From contig JAWALG010000008.1 in assembly GCA_038886995.1 (NCBI GenBank), forward strand, positions 1 to 36,536: a stretch of DNA of 36,536 nt. The letters run 5' to 3'. Both the position numbers and the translations under genes were made by a program. The notes below the pieces were generated by a model. That model saw only the letters and a list, made by a program, of their open reading frames with translations, searched no databases and had not been told where the DNA came from. Source of the DNA: Candidatus Iainarchaeum sp. GTDB lineage: Archaea; Iainarchaeota; Iainarchaeia; Iainarchaeales; DTGL01. Positions 27,146 through 36,536 of the stretch are shown in pieces (the stretch's first letter is position 1; each line of letters begins with the position of its first letter).

Positions 27146-27259
27146 AAAAAACACCACCAAAAAAGCAAGCAAATAAGCTTTTCCCTATAGAAAAAAACCA
27201 ATGCAAAAGTTTATTAAAGGGTAATGATAAAATATATAAGAAAAAATTGTGGTGATAAT

Positions 27260-27973
27260 ATGGAGCGTGTAAAAACAGGAATTGATGGTTTGGATGAACT
27301 TTTGCAAGGTGGTATCCCAGAGGGCTCCGCAGTCCTTATTTCTGGTGGCGCCGGAACCGGCAAAACAATTGCAAGCATGCAATTTGTTTATAATGGTGCC
27401 TCTCTTTACAACGAGCCAGGCATCTATGTTAGCTTAGAAACAAACCTGAAAAATATAATCTGGAACATGGAGAGCTTTAACTGGGATATAAGGAGCTTGC
27501 AAGAAAGCAACCTAATGAAAATATACCGCCTTAACATAAGCTATGCAAAGACCCGCGACGAAGTTATTCAGCGTGTTGATGAGGAGCTGAATACAATATC
27601 GCAGCTTGTTAAGGAGATAAATGCTAAGCGCCTTGTTGTTGACTCAATTGCATCATTTGGTGTTTGGTTTGATAGCCCAGGCCTTATAAGGGCAATCCTA
27701 TTTGAATTTGTTGACAAGCTAAAAAACATGGGCTGTACAACAGTGCTTACAACAGAGACACGCGGCGGTAGACGCGAATTCTCTGCCTACGGTGTGGAAG
27801 AATTTGTAACTGATGGTGTCATTGCCCTATATTTCACTCCACCGCACAGGAGCATTTTCATAAAGAAAATGCGCGGCACAGACCATAGTAAGATTCCGCA
27901 CCCCTTTGAGATTACGGAGAGAGGTATAGTAGTGAACCCACAAGATAGGGTGTTGTGGGAATCAATAAAGTAA
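27260..27973 (+). CDS. KaiC-like / RAD55 RecA-superfamily ATPase (single domain)
   Basis: TGIDGLDELLQGG, GGAGTGKT, RLVVDS and KMRGTDHS motifs. ATG 27260 after GGTGA. Confidence 0.94.
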   Translation: MERVKTGIDGLDELLQGGIPEGSAVLISGGAGTGKTIASMQFVYNGASLYNEPGIYVSLETNLKNIIWNMESFNWDIRSLQESNLMKIYRLNISYAKTRDEVIQRVDEELNTISQLVKEINAKRLVVDSIASFGVWFDSPGLIRAILFEFVDKLKNMGCTTVLTTETRGGRREFSAYGVEEFVTDGVIALYFTPPHRSIFIKKMRGTDHSKIPHPFEITERGIVVNPQDRVLWESIK

Positions 27974-28010
27974 AGCCCCTCTTTATTCTTTTTCTCTTTT
28001 TTTGCTTTGC

Positions 28011-28205
28011 CTAAAAGAAGGACTTTATGCGCATTGCATTGAGCAAAAGAGATATTACGAAAAGGATAGCTATGAGCACAATCGCCTGCATAAGTGCCTC
28101 TTCCCAAGAGACATCTTTCTTGTAAGCAAATTTGGCGCTTGCTTTCACAGCCCAAAGCATAAGGCCTAAGCTCAAAGCCATTCCGAAAAACTCAGGGAAG
28201 TTCAT
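28011..28205 (-). CDS. Small two-TM membrane protein
   Basis: 64 aa with two hydrophobic helices and TTTAAATA upstream on the minus strand. Confidence 0.65.
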   Translation of the reverse strand: MNFPEFFGMALSLGLMLWAVKASAKFAYKKDVSWEEALMQAIVLIAILFVISLLLNAMRIKSFF

Positions 28206-28246
28206 ATTTTAACTATTTAAAGGTAAAGAAAAAAAAGCTTTGCTTT

Positions 28247-29432
28247 TTGGATAGTTTCGCAATTTTTTGCAGTGCCACGAACGATGATCTCCAAGGGCGC
28301 TACTCAATATATGCTTGGGCTAAAACTGATTCGAAAAAGCAAAATATTGTGGCCCCAACAACCATCGCAGGTGAAATAGGAACTAAACCTACATTTAAAT
28401 TGCTTACCGCTACTGGTAGTGCAATTACCTTTGACAGAGGTGATAAGCTTGTTGCGGAGATCTCATTTTATGGTGTTAGTCCAACCACTGCCATAGGGAC
28501 TTTATCCTATAATGGATACAACTCTACAACAAGGGATAGTAATATAATTGCACCTGTAAGTATTAGGTTTGCTGGTAACTTGGATACAGCAATAGTTTCA
28601 CCTCAAAATAATTCAAAGAAAGTAGTAAACACTGATTTTGATATAAATGTTAAGGGTCAGTGCTTAAATTATTCCTGTGGCGATACAAACGTTACGTTGC
28701 TTTATTGCATAGACCCAGCTAGTGGCTGCTCACAATGGCTTGACATGAACACTGACTCAAGCAGTCCGCTTTACATTTCCTCAGGGGCTTATTTTAGGAG
28801 AGATAACCTTCTTGATGTATCGGACACAAACTACTTTGTCTTCACTGTAAGGGCAACACAAACAGGAACTTACACAATCAGATCAAAGATAGATTCAGAT
28901 TGGAGCGAAGACATAAATTATTCTAATTTTAGCGATGGTGATATAAACATTAAGATAACACTCCCTCCAGATTATTCTTTTTCCCTTTCTTATCCGGCAA
29001 GTGGCTGCACTTATGGAAAGGGCAGCATTGACCAAGATAATAGCTGTGATATGGCCTACTTTGAGCCGACAGACCTTTCGGGCATACGAAAACAAAGTAG
29101 ACCCTGAAGGTCAAAATTCATCAACCCCTTTTTTTGTTTATGACAATCAGAGCACAGGTGAAAATGATATGAATTTTACACTACATCTAACCTCTGCATT
29201 GCCAAGTACGCTTAAGCTTAAGGTTTCTAAGAGCTACGATGGTTGGGCCGAAACATGTTCAGGCAACACTGATGTTGACTGTGTTGAAATAGATACAACA
29301 CCAAGAAACATAGGAACTGCAATATACAGTGAAGGTACTCAAGACCTCAATATTTTCATATTTGCTGACTTCGTCGGTGCTGGCGTTGGCGTAGTAGACA
29401 GAAATGCAATAAGCACAAGCATTGAGAGTTGA
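28247..29432 (+). pseudogene. Surface (glyco)protein gene remnant: no N-terminus and a frameshift near 29085
   Basis: ORF 28247-29107 (Ser/Thr/Asn-rich, Cys pairs, N-x-S/T sequons, no signal peptide) reads ...FEPTDLSGI, then continues with the same composition in the +1 frame (ENKVDPEGQNSSTPFF...) to 29432. Confidence 0.7.
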
Positions 29433-29443
29433 TGTGTTAGCAT

Positions 29444-29749
29444 ATGAGCGAAAAATTTGCCTTGGTGAATGAAAAAAAGTTTCTTGCCGTCTTTTTGGCA
29501 GCCATATTTCTTTTTGTTCTAATTTTTTTGTTTTTCTTTTTTGATAAAAATGTTATTCCAAGTGTTATCGTATCCACGGAAAAGCCGCTTCAAAAAGGAA
29601 AAACTTTGGCTGAGAGCGACATAACTAAAACACCTTATAGTCAGTATGTGGATAAAGCAGGCCTTGTTGACTCAGTGCGCCTTCATTATGGAATACCCCA
29701 AAATATTACGAAACAGCTGACGCTGGCACATTCATTTCCCCGAGCATAA
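29444..29749 (+). CDS. Short membrane-anchored protein, possibly C-terminally truncated
   Basis: 101 aa with an N-terminal TM helix, directly downstream of the frameshifted surface gene. Confidence 0.55.
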   Translation: MSEKFALVNEKKFLAVFLAAIFLFVLIFLFFFFDKNVIPSVIVSTEKPLQKGKTLAESDITKTPYSQYVDKAGLVDSVRLHYGIPQNITKQLTLAHSFPRA

Positions 29750-29792
29750 TTGTAAAGGTAGAGTAAATTCTTCTCTTGTAGCATCAAGAAAT

Positions 29793-30977
29793 TTAAGAGA
29801 GTACCTTCATCTCTTTGCCAATCTTTTCAAACTTCTCTAGAACTTCATCAAGATCCTCTTTTGAGTGCGCTGCTGAAACCATTGTTCTTATCCTTGCTTT
29901 GTCCCTTGCAACCATTGGGAAAACTATTGGCAATGCAAATACACCTTCGTCAAAAAGGCGCTTGCTGAACTCTACCGCAACAGAACTTTCTCCAAGTATG
30001 ATGGGTGTTATTGGGGTTTCGCTTTCACCTGTGTTGAAGCCAAGCGAATTCATTTTCTTCTTGAAGTAAACTGTGTTTTCCCATAGCTTTTTCACAAGCG
30101 AATCATCCCTTTCTAGTAGCTTAAGTGCTGCAATGCATGCAGCAGCAGTTGCGGGTGGCGCAGAACCGCTCAAAAGCCATGTCCTGCTCTTATTGTATGC
30201 AAACTCACACATGTCTTTGCTTCCACAGACATAGCCGCCCACAACGCCGAATGCCTTGCTAAATGTGCCCATCTCAAATTCTATTTTCCCGTGCAGATTG
30301 AAATGGTCAACTATGCCTTTGCCTTTTTTCCCAAGGACACCGTCACCGTGTGCGTCATCAACATAAACCATTGCATTGTGCTCATGTGCAACTTTTTCAA
30401 TCTTATCAAGTGGTGCAATGTCACCATCCATGCTGAAGACACCATCAGTTACAACAAGCTTCTTGCCATAGTTCTTCTTGTCGCTTTCTTCAAGAATTTC
30501 TTTGAGTGCTTCGATGTTTTTGTGCGGATAAACCTTCCTTTCGGCTTTAGAAAGGCGAGTACCATCAATTATGCTTCCATGGTTAAGTTCATCGCTTATT
30601 ATCAAGTCACCTTCAAGCATCATTGCAGGGATTAAACCTGCGTTAACGGCAAAACCGGTTTGGTAGTATACTGCTGCTTCGGTTTCTTTGAAATTAGCGA
30701 TCTCCTTTTCTAGCTCTAAGTGCAATGACATTGTTCCTGCAATAGCCCTAACAGAACCAGAGCCGACACCATACTTTTTTGTTGCTTCAATGGCTGCTTT
30801 TTTGAGCTCAGGGTGGTTGCTTAAGCCAAGGTAATTGTTTGAGCAAAAAATTATAACATCTTTGCCATCGACCTCGCCTCTCGCGCCCGATGCTGTTTGA
30901 AGGTTATGCAAAACCCATTCAAGCTTTTTTTCCCTAAGCTCTTGCATTGAATTCTTAAAAAATTCTTTATAATCCAA
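29793..30977 (-). CDS. kbl: Glycine C-acetyltransferase (2-amino-3-ketobutyrate CoA ligase)
   Basis: FCSNNYLGL, SDELNHGSIIDG, TDGVFSMDGD, DDAHG, GTFSKAFG (PLP Lys) and ARIR motifs. Adjacency to tdh favours kbl over bioF. Confidence 0.9.
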   Translation of the reverse strand: MDYKEFFKNSMQELREKKLEWVLHNLQTASGARGEVDGKDVIIFCSNNYLGLSNHPELKKAAIEATKKYGVGSGSVRAIAGTMSLHLELEKEIANFKETEAAVYYQTGFAVNAGLIPAMMLEGDLIISDELNHGSIIDGTRLSKAERKVYPHKNIEALKEILEESDKKNYGKKLVVTDGVFSMDGDIAPLDKIEKVAHEHNAMVYVDDAHGDGVLGKKGKGIVDHFNLHGKIEFEMGTFSKAFGVVGGYVCGSKDMCEFAYNKSRTWLLSGSAPPATAAACIAALKLLERDDSLVKKLWENTVYFKKKMNSLGFNTGESETPITPIILGESSVAVEFSKRLFDEGVFALPIVFPMVARDKARIRTMVSAAHSKEDLDEVLEKFEKIGKEMKVLS

Positions 30978-31044
30978 ATTATCACCTTAATACCTATACT
31001 TCAAGTAAGATTTTTATTGCTTTATAGCTTTAAAGTATACTCAT

Positions 31045-32091
31045 TTGGTGGTTGGGATAAAGGCAATAGTTAAAAGCAAAAAAGAAAAAGGCCTCGAACT
31101 TATCGATGTTGAAAAGCCAGTGCCGAAAAAAGGAGAACTTCTTGTTAAAGTCAAGGCAGCATCTATATGCGGCACAGACATTCACATCTATGATTGGGGT
31201 CCATGGGCTCAGTCAAGGATAAAGCCACCGCTGATAGTTGGCCATGAGGTTGCTGGTGAAGTAGTTGAATTTGGCAATGGAGTGAAGGGATTTGAAAAAG
31301 GAGATCTCGTGTCTGCTGAGACACATATTTATTGTAATGAATGTTTTCAATGCAAAATTGGCAATAGGCATGTCTGCGAAAAGATGAAGATTTTCGGCGT
31401 TGATATTAATGGTGTTTTTGCCGGATATGCTGTAATTCCGGCACAGAATGCATGGAAAAACCCTAAAGGCATGAAGCCAGAAATTGCCTCAATTCAAGAG
31501 CCGTTTGGGAATGCTGTTCACACAATATCTGCTTGCAGTACAACTATTGAAGGATCAAGCGTTCTTATTGCAGGAGCAGGCCCTATTGGCTGTTTTGCGG
31601 CGGGTATCGCAAAAGCTGAAGGCGCAAAGAAAGTGATAATATCAGATGTCAATGATTACCGCCTTGGGCTTGCCGAGAAGATGGGTGCTGATGTCCTTGT
31701 AAATGTGCGCAATCAAAATGTTGTTGAAGTGGCAAAGAGAGAAACTTCGGGGCGCGGTGCTGATATTTTCCTTGAGATGTCAGGGAATCCACAGGCTCTT
31801 AACGATGGCCTTTCTGCGCTTAGAGTTGGCGGCACAGCTTCAATCCTCGGGGTTTTTGACAGCAAGGTGCAACTTGATGTTACCGACTCAATAGTTTTCA
31901 AGTATGTCAGAATATTTGGCATAAATGGGCGCCTAATATTTGACACTTGGAAGAAAACAAGCGAGCTTATCAATACCAAGAAGGTTGATCCAAGGCCTGT
32001 TATCACGCACTCATTCAAGCTCAAGGATTTTGAAAAAGGTTTTGAATTGCTTAAGCAAGGCAAAGCCGGGAAAATAATTCTAACACCATAG
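31045..32091 (+). CDS. tdh: L-threonine 3-dehydrogenase
   Basis: ICGTDIHIYDW, GHE, SAETHIYC..C..C.......C, QEPFGNAVHT, GAGPIG and LEMSG motifs. Confidence 0.95.
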   Translation: MVVGIKAIVKSKKEKGLELIDVEKPVPKKGELLVKVKAASICGTDIHIYDWGPWAQSRIKPPLIVGHEVAGEVVEFGNGVKGFEKGDLVSAETHIYCNECFQCKIGNRHVCEKMKIFGVDINGVFAGYAVIPAQNAWKNPKGMKPEIASIQEPFGNAVHTISACSTTIEGSSVLIAGAGPIGCFAAGIAKAEGAKKVIISDVNDYRLGLAEKMGADVLVNVRNQNVVEVAKRETSGRGADIFLEMSGNPQALNDGLSALRVGGTASILGVFDSKVQLDVTDSIVFKYVRIFGINGRLIFDTWKKTSELINTKKVDPRPVITHSFKLKDFEKGFELLKQGKAGKIILTP

Positions 32092-32151
32092 CAACACCGA
32101 TTTTTACCAAAAAAATAAATACTTATCTGCAGTTATTTGTGTGGTGATTTA

Positions 32152-32526
32152 ATGCCAGGTAGACCAATGGTTCCAATGAGAAGGAAAGAGCCAAATAGAA
32201 AAGCAAACAATAAGATGCGAGGCAATAGGCAGGCAAGGCCAAGGCCTATTATTTTGCAAAGGATTAAGGGTTTTGAAGCAAACCTTATGCTTATTCCCGA
32301 AGTTTATAGAAAAGCAGGCATCTCTGGTTGTGTTGAAGTTGTGCGCAGTGCAATTCCTGAGCTAAAGAGAAAGATAGATGAAGAGGTTGCGAAAGGCGCT
32401 TCTTTGGACGGATGCAACTGGAGGGCTGTTTTTATCGAGAAGGCAGCTGCAGAAATACGAAAAGCAGGAGCAAAAGAAGCGCAGGTAAATGAGTTCAGGC
32501 AAAAGGCCTGGCAGTCAATATCATAA
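32152..32526 (+). CDS. Hypothetical basic protein
   Basis: ATG 32152 after GGTGA. Arg/Pro-rich N-terminus and helical remainder. Confidence 0.7.
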   Translation: MPGRPMVPMRRKEPNRKANNKMRGNRQARPRPIILQRIKGFEANLMLIPEVYRKAGISGCVEVVRSAIPELKRKIDEEVAKGASLDGCNWRAVFIEKAAAEIRKAGAKEAQVNEFRQKAWQSIS

Positions 32527-32647
32527 TCATAAAAACCAGATTTTGAAATAAGCGAAAATAATAAAAGTTTGACACAAAAGGTATCAGGCTTTACACTGAA
32601 ACTATATTGGGGCCACAAATAAGTGGTTTTGCCAGTATAATTATAGC

Positions 32648-33391
32648 CTACCAGATGCTAATACTTGCCAAATTGGAAAAGATTTGCCCTGAGGCCAAGA
32701 AAGCGAAATAAAAAAGTAAAAAAATAGAAAGCTTGATTTTACAAAAATGCCAAATTTCGACTAGCAGAAATTCGTATGTATCATCATATGATTCATCATG
32801 CCCTATAACTCGCATTTTTTCAACGAAAAAGAATTTGAAATAGTCCAATCCAGGCAAATCAAAGAGATTGATTATTGGTGACATATCTATTTTGCGGAAT
32901 GGGAAATCCTTTCCAGAAAAAACAAAGCTAAGAATAGCTCCTTTAGGCCTTTCTTTCTCCAAAAAGTACCTTAGATTTTGCAGTTGCTTTGTAGTGAAAG
33001 ACCTTTCATGCAGATCTTTTCCCGTGAGTGCAAGCAAGCCCAGATGGTAAAAACCTGAATTGTCAGCATGGACAAAGAACACCTTTTCATTCGGTTTGCA
33101 AGTGCTAAATGCTACGCTAGACAAAAGATTTTTGGTTTTGGGGGCATTTCGGTAAACTTCATCATCATTTCTTTTATTTAAAACACTAGCCACATAGTTT
33201 GGCTCAAAGAGTTTGCCTTTGAAAAGATAATACCAAGGTGCAACTTTGTGTCTTGCAAAAACCATCTTTAGTGCCTTTAACTTTTCACCATCGCCAAGCG
33301 CCTTTTCAAGTGGTCTGAGGGAAATTTCTTTAACGTTGGGTTTTTTGCCAAGGTTCCTATTAAAAATAATTATTTCATTTTTAACCAGCAT
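32648..33391 (-). CDS. Hypothetical protein
   Basis: 247-aa ORF with no recognised motif; AT-rich, downstream of the tRNA. Confidence 0.55.
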   Translation of the reverse strand: MLVKNEIIIFNRNLGKKPNVKEISLRPLEKALGDGEKLKALKMVFARHKVAPWYYLFKGKLFEPNYVASVLNKRNDDEVYRNAPKTKNLLSSVAFSTCKPNEKVFFVHADNSGFYHLGLLALTGKDLHERSFTTKQLQNLRYFLEKERPKGAILSFVFSGKDFPFRKIDMSPIINLFDLPGLDYFKFFFVEKMRVIGHDESYDDTYEFLLVEIWHFCKIKLSIFLLFYFAFLASGQIFSNLASISIW

Positions 33392-33397
33392 GATTTA

Positions 33398-33601
33398 GAT
33401 CTAGTTACAGCTGCTCACGGGCATTTATTCCGTATAAATAATTCTAATACATATGTAATACCACTGAGTCACCCAAGTGGCCAAGCATATACAAAAACAC
33501 TTCGGAACTCATACATGGGCTACTTATCTGAAGGTCTAAAAAAATGGGCCAAGCAACCTGACAAAGTTTGCCGATATCAAGACAGAAGCAATGCGGGGTA
33601 G
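33398..33601 (+). pseudogene. Possible C-terminal fragment of a uracil-DNA glycosylase superfamily gene
   Basis: A startless open frame of 67 codons, DLVTAAHGHLFRINNSNTYVIPLSHPSGQAY..., contains a UDG motif-B-like VIPLSHPSG and stops inside the tRNA 3' end. Confidence 0.4.
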
Positions 33602-33675
33602 CAGATTCGAACTGCTGAAGGCACTAAGCCACAGGGCCCTCAACCCTGCCCCTTAGACCGCTCGGGCAACCCCGC
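33592..33675 (-). tRNA. tRNA-Leu (anticodon GAG)
   Basis: The reverse complement folds as acceptor GCGGGGT/ACCCCGC+A, anticodon arm CAGGG-TTGAGGG-CCCTG, a long variable arm and T arm AGCAG-TTCGAAT-CTGCT. 84 nt, no intron, CCA not encoded. Confidence 0.97.
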
Positions 33676-33769
33676 ATACCTAGTTGCTTCCTATTAAGCT
33701 TCTTATTAATAATCTTCTTTAAAATTAGTTATTAAATGTTGCTGTTTTTAAATTACAAGGCAAAAATAC

Positions 33770-34141
33770 TTAGACCTCAATTATTTTGCTTAGCTTTATG
33801 TTTCTGAACTTTATCTCTAAGCTTTCGTCTGCGACTGCTTTTCTTAAAAGCCCGTGAGCTGTTGTTGCACAGCTTTTATTTATTATTACAGAAATGTTTG
33901 TGTAATAACCTGTCCTGTCTCGATGTATTTTCCCGCTTATAGCACTTACCTCATACCCAGCACCCGAATTATCACAGAACAGCGTTGTGTTTTTCCCAAG
34001 AGTTATGAGCTCAATGTTTCTTATTTTTCCATAGGCAAAAACAGGCACTGCCAAATCAATCTGCTTCTCAGCCATGAGATTGTGGATGCTCTTAATCACA
34101 TCTTCGCCTTCATTTATTTTCAAAGTAATGTATTCTTCCAT
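33770..34141 (-). CDS. PPC-domain (DUF296, PD1-like) protein, divergent
   Basis: LKINEGEDVIKSI...AYGKI...YEVSAISGKI...HGLL...LEI pattern. The real start is ATG 34141. Confidence 0.75.
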   Translation of the reverse strand: MEEYITLKINEGEDVIKSIHNLMAEKQIDLAVPVFAYGKIRNIELITLGKNTTLFCDNSGAGYEVSAISGKIHRDRTGYYTNISVIINKSCATTAHGLLRKAVADESLEIKFRNIKLSKIIEV

Positions 34142-34241
34142 AACAGAACACCTTGGGTGGCAACAATTAGCAAACATAAGGGCGAAAAATTTAAATATTG
34201 GTAATGTCTTATTATTGCTAAATTGCTTAAGAGGAAATTCC

Positions 34242-35633
34242 ATGGTTAAAAAAAGCTTTTTTTTCATTTTTCTGCTTATTTTGGCAAATACTGCCTTTGT
34301 GTTTAGTGACTCGGGTTTATTCGCATACTTGAATCATGGCTACGTTGACGGAAAGTACGTTGTTTGGTTGCTTGCTTCATATTCTGGCAATGGATATCCA
34401 AACGCAAAAGTGACAGTTAATGACAGTAAGGGGATTTTTATTGAACAGAATGTGAACAAAAATGGCGAATTCTTTTTTTATCCAAATAAGGCAGATATCT
34501 ACTTCATTAGTATTTGTTTTGATTTAAATGGCTCAGAATCCTGCACTGACAGAAAGGTTGTTTATAATCCAACGCCAAGCATTTTAATTACAAGGCGTGG
34601 TAGCAATTACACCATATGCTCGGCATATGATTTTGGCCAGTTCGAGGTTGAAGACCTTAATAAGCTTATAATTATTCAACAAAAGGAGGGCTGTGCGAAA
34701 TACTCAACTGATTCTGAACGCTTCAAGGTAAAAACAGCAGAGAGTGGTCTTTTTGAGGCAACGGAAATAGAAGCGGGGCGTTTTGTAATTGCCAAGTATC
34801 CTGAAAAAGTTGTTGTTGGTAAACCATTTAATGTGCAGGTTTTTGAAAACTCAATTTCTTTGCAGGGCGCATATGTTGAAATTGCCGGTGAAAAAAAAGT
34901 TACTGACAGCAAAGGCATAGCGTCATTTGTGCTTAAGGCAGCAACAAGTTATGAGGTTAAAGCATACAAAGAGGGTTTACAGCCTTTTGCTGGTAAAGTA
35001 TTGGCTGTTTCTGAATTTGAGCGCTTTGAGCTCTCACATTCAAAAGAAGCAAAACCTCTTGAGGTCTTTGAGGTATTGGTTAAGCACAATGGCGAAGCAG
35101 TAGAAGGGGCGGTTGTTTCTGTTGGCAACACAAAGAAGCCAACTGACAGCGAAGGCAAAGCTGCCTTTGCAATTGCTGATAAAGGTGCTTATGTGATATC
35201 TGTAGAGAAAGATGGTTTTGAGAAAAGGATAAGCAGCATAACTATCTTACCAGAAGAAAAAAAAGTGGACTCTTTTATAGTTTCCATGCCAACCAAAATT
35301 TACTCAACCCAAGATTTGCATGTTGTTGTAAACTCAAAATCCGGAAGAAGAGTTCCAGAGGCAAAAGTAATAATTGGTGATAAGGAAGCAACTACAAATA
35401 TTAAAGGAGAGGCGGTCATATCAGGCCTGACACCAGGAAATTATCTAGTTATTTTTAAAAAGGATGGCTTTGAGGACTTGAATAAAAACCTTGAGGTTGC
35501 CAAATTTGAGGAAGCCGAGCCACCTAAGCCATTGCCACTGGAATTTTTCTATGTTGCAGGTGGCATTTCTGTTAGCGTCTTGGGCATAGGGCTTTTTAGG
35601 TTTTGGCAAAAGAGGAGGCGTAGGTATTTATGA
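34242..35633 (+). CDS. Surface protein with three carboxypeptidase-regulatory-like/PEGA-like beta-sandwich repeats
   Basis: Signal peptide from ATG 34242. Repeated GA.V.I....TD..G.A.F......Y.....K.G. units and a C-terminal TM helix followed by KRRRR. Confidence 0.85.
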   Translation: MVKKSFFFIFLLILANTAFVFSDSGLFAYLNHGYVDGKYVVWLLASYSGNGYPNAKVTVNDSKGIFIEQNVNKNGEFFFYPNKADIYFISICFDLNGSESCTDRKVVYNPTPSILITRRGSNYTICSAYDFGQFEVEDLNKLIIIQQKEGCAKYSTDSERFKVKTAESGLFEATEIEAGRFVIAKYPEKVVVGKPFNVQVFENSISLQGAYVEIAGEKKVTDSKGIASFVLKAATSYEVKAYKEGLQPFAGKVLAVSEFERFELSHSKEAKPLEVFEVLVKHNGEAVEGAVVSVGNTKKPTDSEGKAAFAIADKGAYVISVEKDGFEKRISSITILPEEKKVDSFIVSMPTKIYSTQDLHVVVNSKSGRRVPEAKVIIGDKEATTNIKGEAVISGLTPGNYLVIFKKDGFEDLNKNLEVAKFEEAEPPKPLPLEFFYVAGGISVSVLGIGLFRFWQKRRRRYL

Positions 35634-36536
35634 AAAGAAATATATTTGCTATATTTGCTTTTTTTACAATTCTTATCATTTTTCAACAAACTCCAGTTTT
35701 AAGCAAAGATGTTGAACTTTACATCAACAATGAAGACGCAGACACAAAAGATACTGCAGTAGTGCTTTATGGTCCAGGAACATTTACTCTTACAGGCAAG
35801 ATTAAGAACAACCTTTCCATCTACGAAGAACGGAAAAAAATAGACCTTGTTTTTATTCTTGATGCTAGTGGAAGCATGAGTGATGAAATTGCTGCTGTAA
35901 AAAATAACATAGTACAAATAATCGACCAAGTTAACACTGACTGTCCGGATTGTATGCGAGTAGGGCTTTATGTTTTTGAAGGTGGGGGTTCAACAGCAGG
36001 GTTTATTTCCAAGCCTAGTTACTGTCATTCTGATGGCGATAGGGGCGCAATACACTTAACTTCGGATGGGCAAAAAATTAAAAATCTGCTGGGTCAGATA
36101 AATGCAACATGCAGTGTTGAGCCGTGGTGTGCACTTACGATAGATATTTTGAACGATTCAAATTTCGGCTGGAGAAACCAGCCAGATGTAGTAAAAGCCA
36201 TTCTTGTAATAACTGATGAACCTGCAGACCCGTGCGGACCCTGTAATTCCGCAAGCTGTCATGGCTACCGATGTGCTGAAGCAGGCAACAAACTTCTTAG
36301 CGAAAATGCCTACTTTTTCGGAATAGTTGGTACTGCAGCGCCAACAAAAGTAAAGGCAGATATGGATAAAGTGCTTAATGTTTCGAAGAAAGGAACCTAT
36401 TATGATTACACTGGGGCAAACCAGATTCCTGCTAAGATAGTGGAAGCAATCAAATATATTATGGGCCAAGATGATTTTGTTGTTTCAAGGCAGGAAGGCC
36501 CAAACTGGGATAACATTGGCTCAAACTTTGAGATTA
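35630..36536 (+). CDS. Secreted von Willebrand factor A domain protein, 3' end outside the window (not in the ORF track)
   Basis: ATG 35630 (ATGA overlap). MKRNIFAIFAFFTILIIF signal, IDLVFILDASGSM MIDAS motif and GWRNQPDVVKAILVITDEP; the frame is open to the window end. Confidence 0.9.
   Translation, partial: MKRNIFAIFAFFTILIIFQQTPVLSKDVELYINNEDADTKDTAVVLYGPGTFTLTGKIKNNLSIYEERKKIDLVFILDASGSMSDEIAAVKNNIVQIIDQVNTDCPDCMRVGLYVFEGGGSTAGFISKPSYCHSDGDRGAIHLTSDGQKIKNLLGQINATCSVEPWCALTIDILNDSNFGWRNQPDVVKAILVITDEPADPCGPCNSASCHGYRCAEAGNKLLSENAYFFGIVGTAAPTKVKADMDKVLNVSKKGTYYDYTGANQIPAKIVEAIKYIMGQDDFVVSRQEGPNWDNIGSNFEI

Noticed and set aside
27260-27973. Circadian clock KaiC
   Set aside because: It has a single ATPase domain and no kaiA/kaiB; such proteins are common archaeal signalling ATPases.
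29793-30977. bioF (8-amino-7-oxononanoate synthase)
   Set aside because: Same family, but adjacency to tdh and the absence of biotin genes favour kbl.

Overview
A 36.5-kb archaeal chromosomal segment of roughly 40% GC. By gene style it is most likely a DPANN archaeon such as Ca. Iainarchaeota/Diapherotrites; this is inference from the archaeal Lhr, KaiC-like ATPase, tRNA-Leu without CCA, GGTG(A) Shine-Dalgarno motifs and many single-pass surface proteins. Housekeeping and metabolic genes include tryptophanase (5'-truncated), a metallophosphoesterase and Lhr helicase, an HD hydrolase, a stand-alone receiver domain, desulfoferrodoxin, prs, eno, a GIY-YIG nuclease, an HDAC-family deacetylase, a flavodoxin-like protein, grpE-dnaK with a convergent dnaJ, a thioredoxin-like protein, a KaiC-like ATPase, divergent kbl/tdh, tRNA-Leu(GAG), a PPC/DUF296 protein and a vWA protein (3'-truncated). 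Between them lie many uncharacterised surface-protein genes, several frameshifted or apparently missing their N-terminus. The standout is a translationally coupled pair at about 15954-20467. The first gene encodes a membrane-anchored protein with a Gly/Pro/Met/Phe tandem repeat and two subtilase-propeptide-like domains. The second encodes a ~1044-aa secreted beta-helix/PKD protein with a 101-residue tract of 79 Tyr + 12 Trp. No CRISPR array, rRNA, integrase or transposase was seen.
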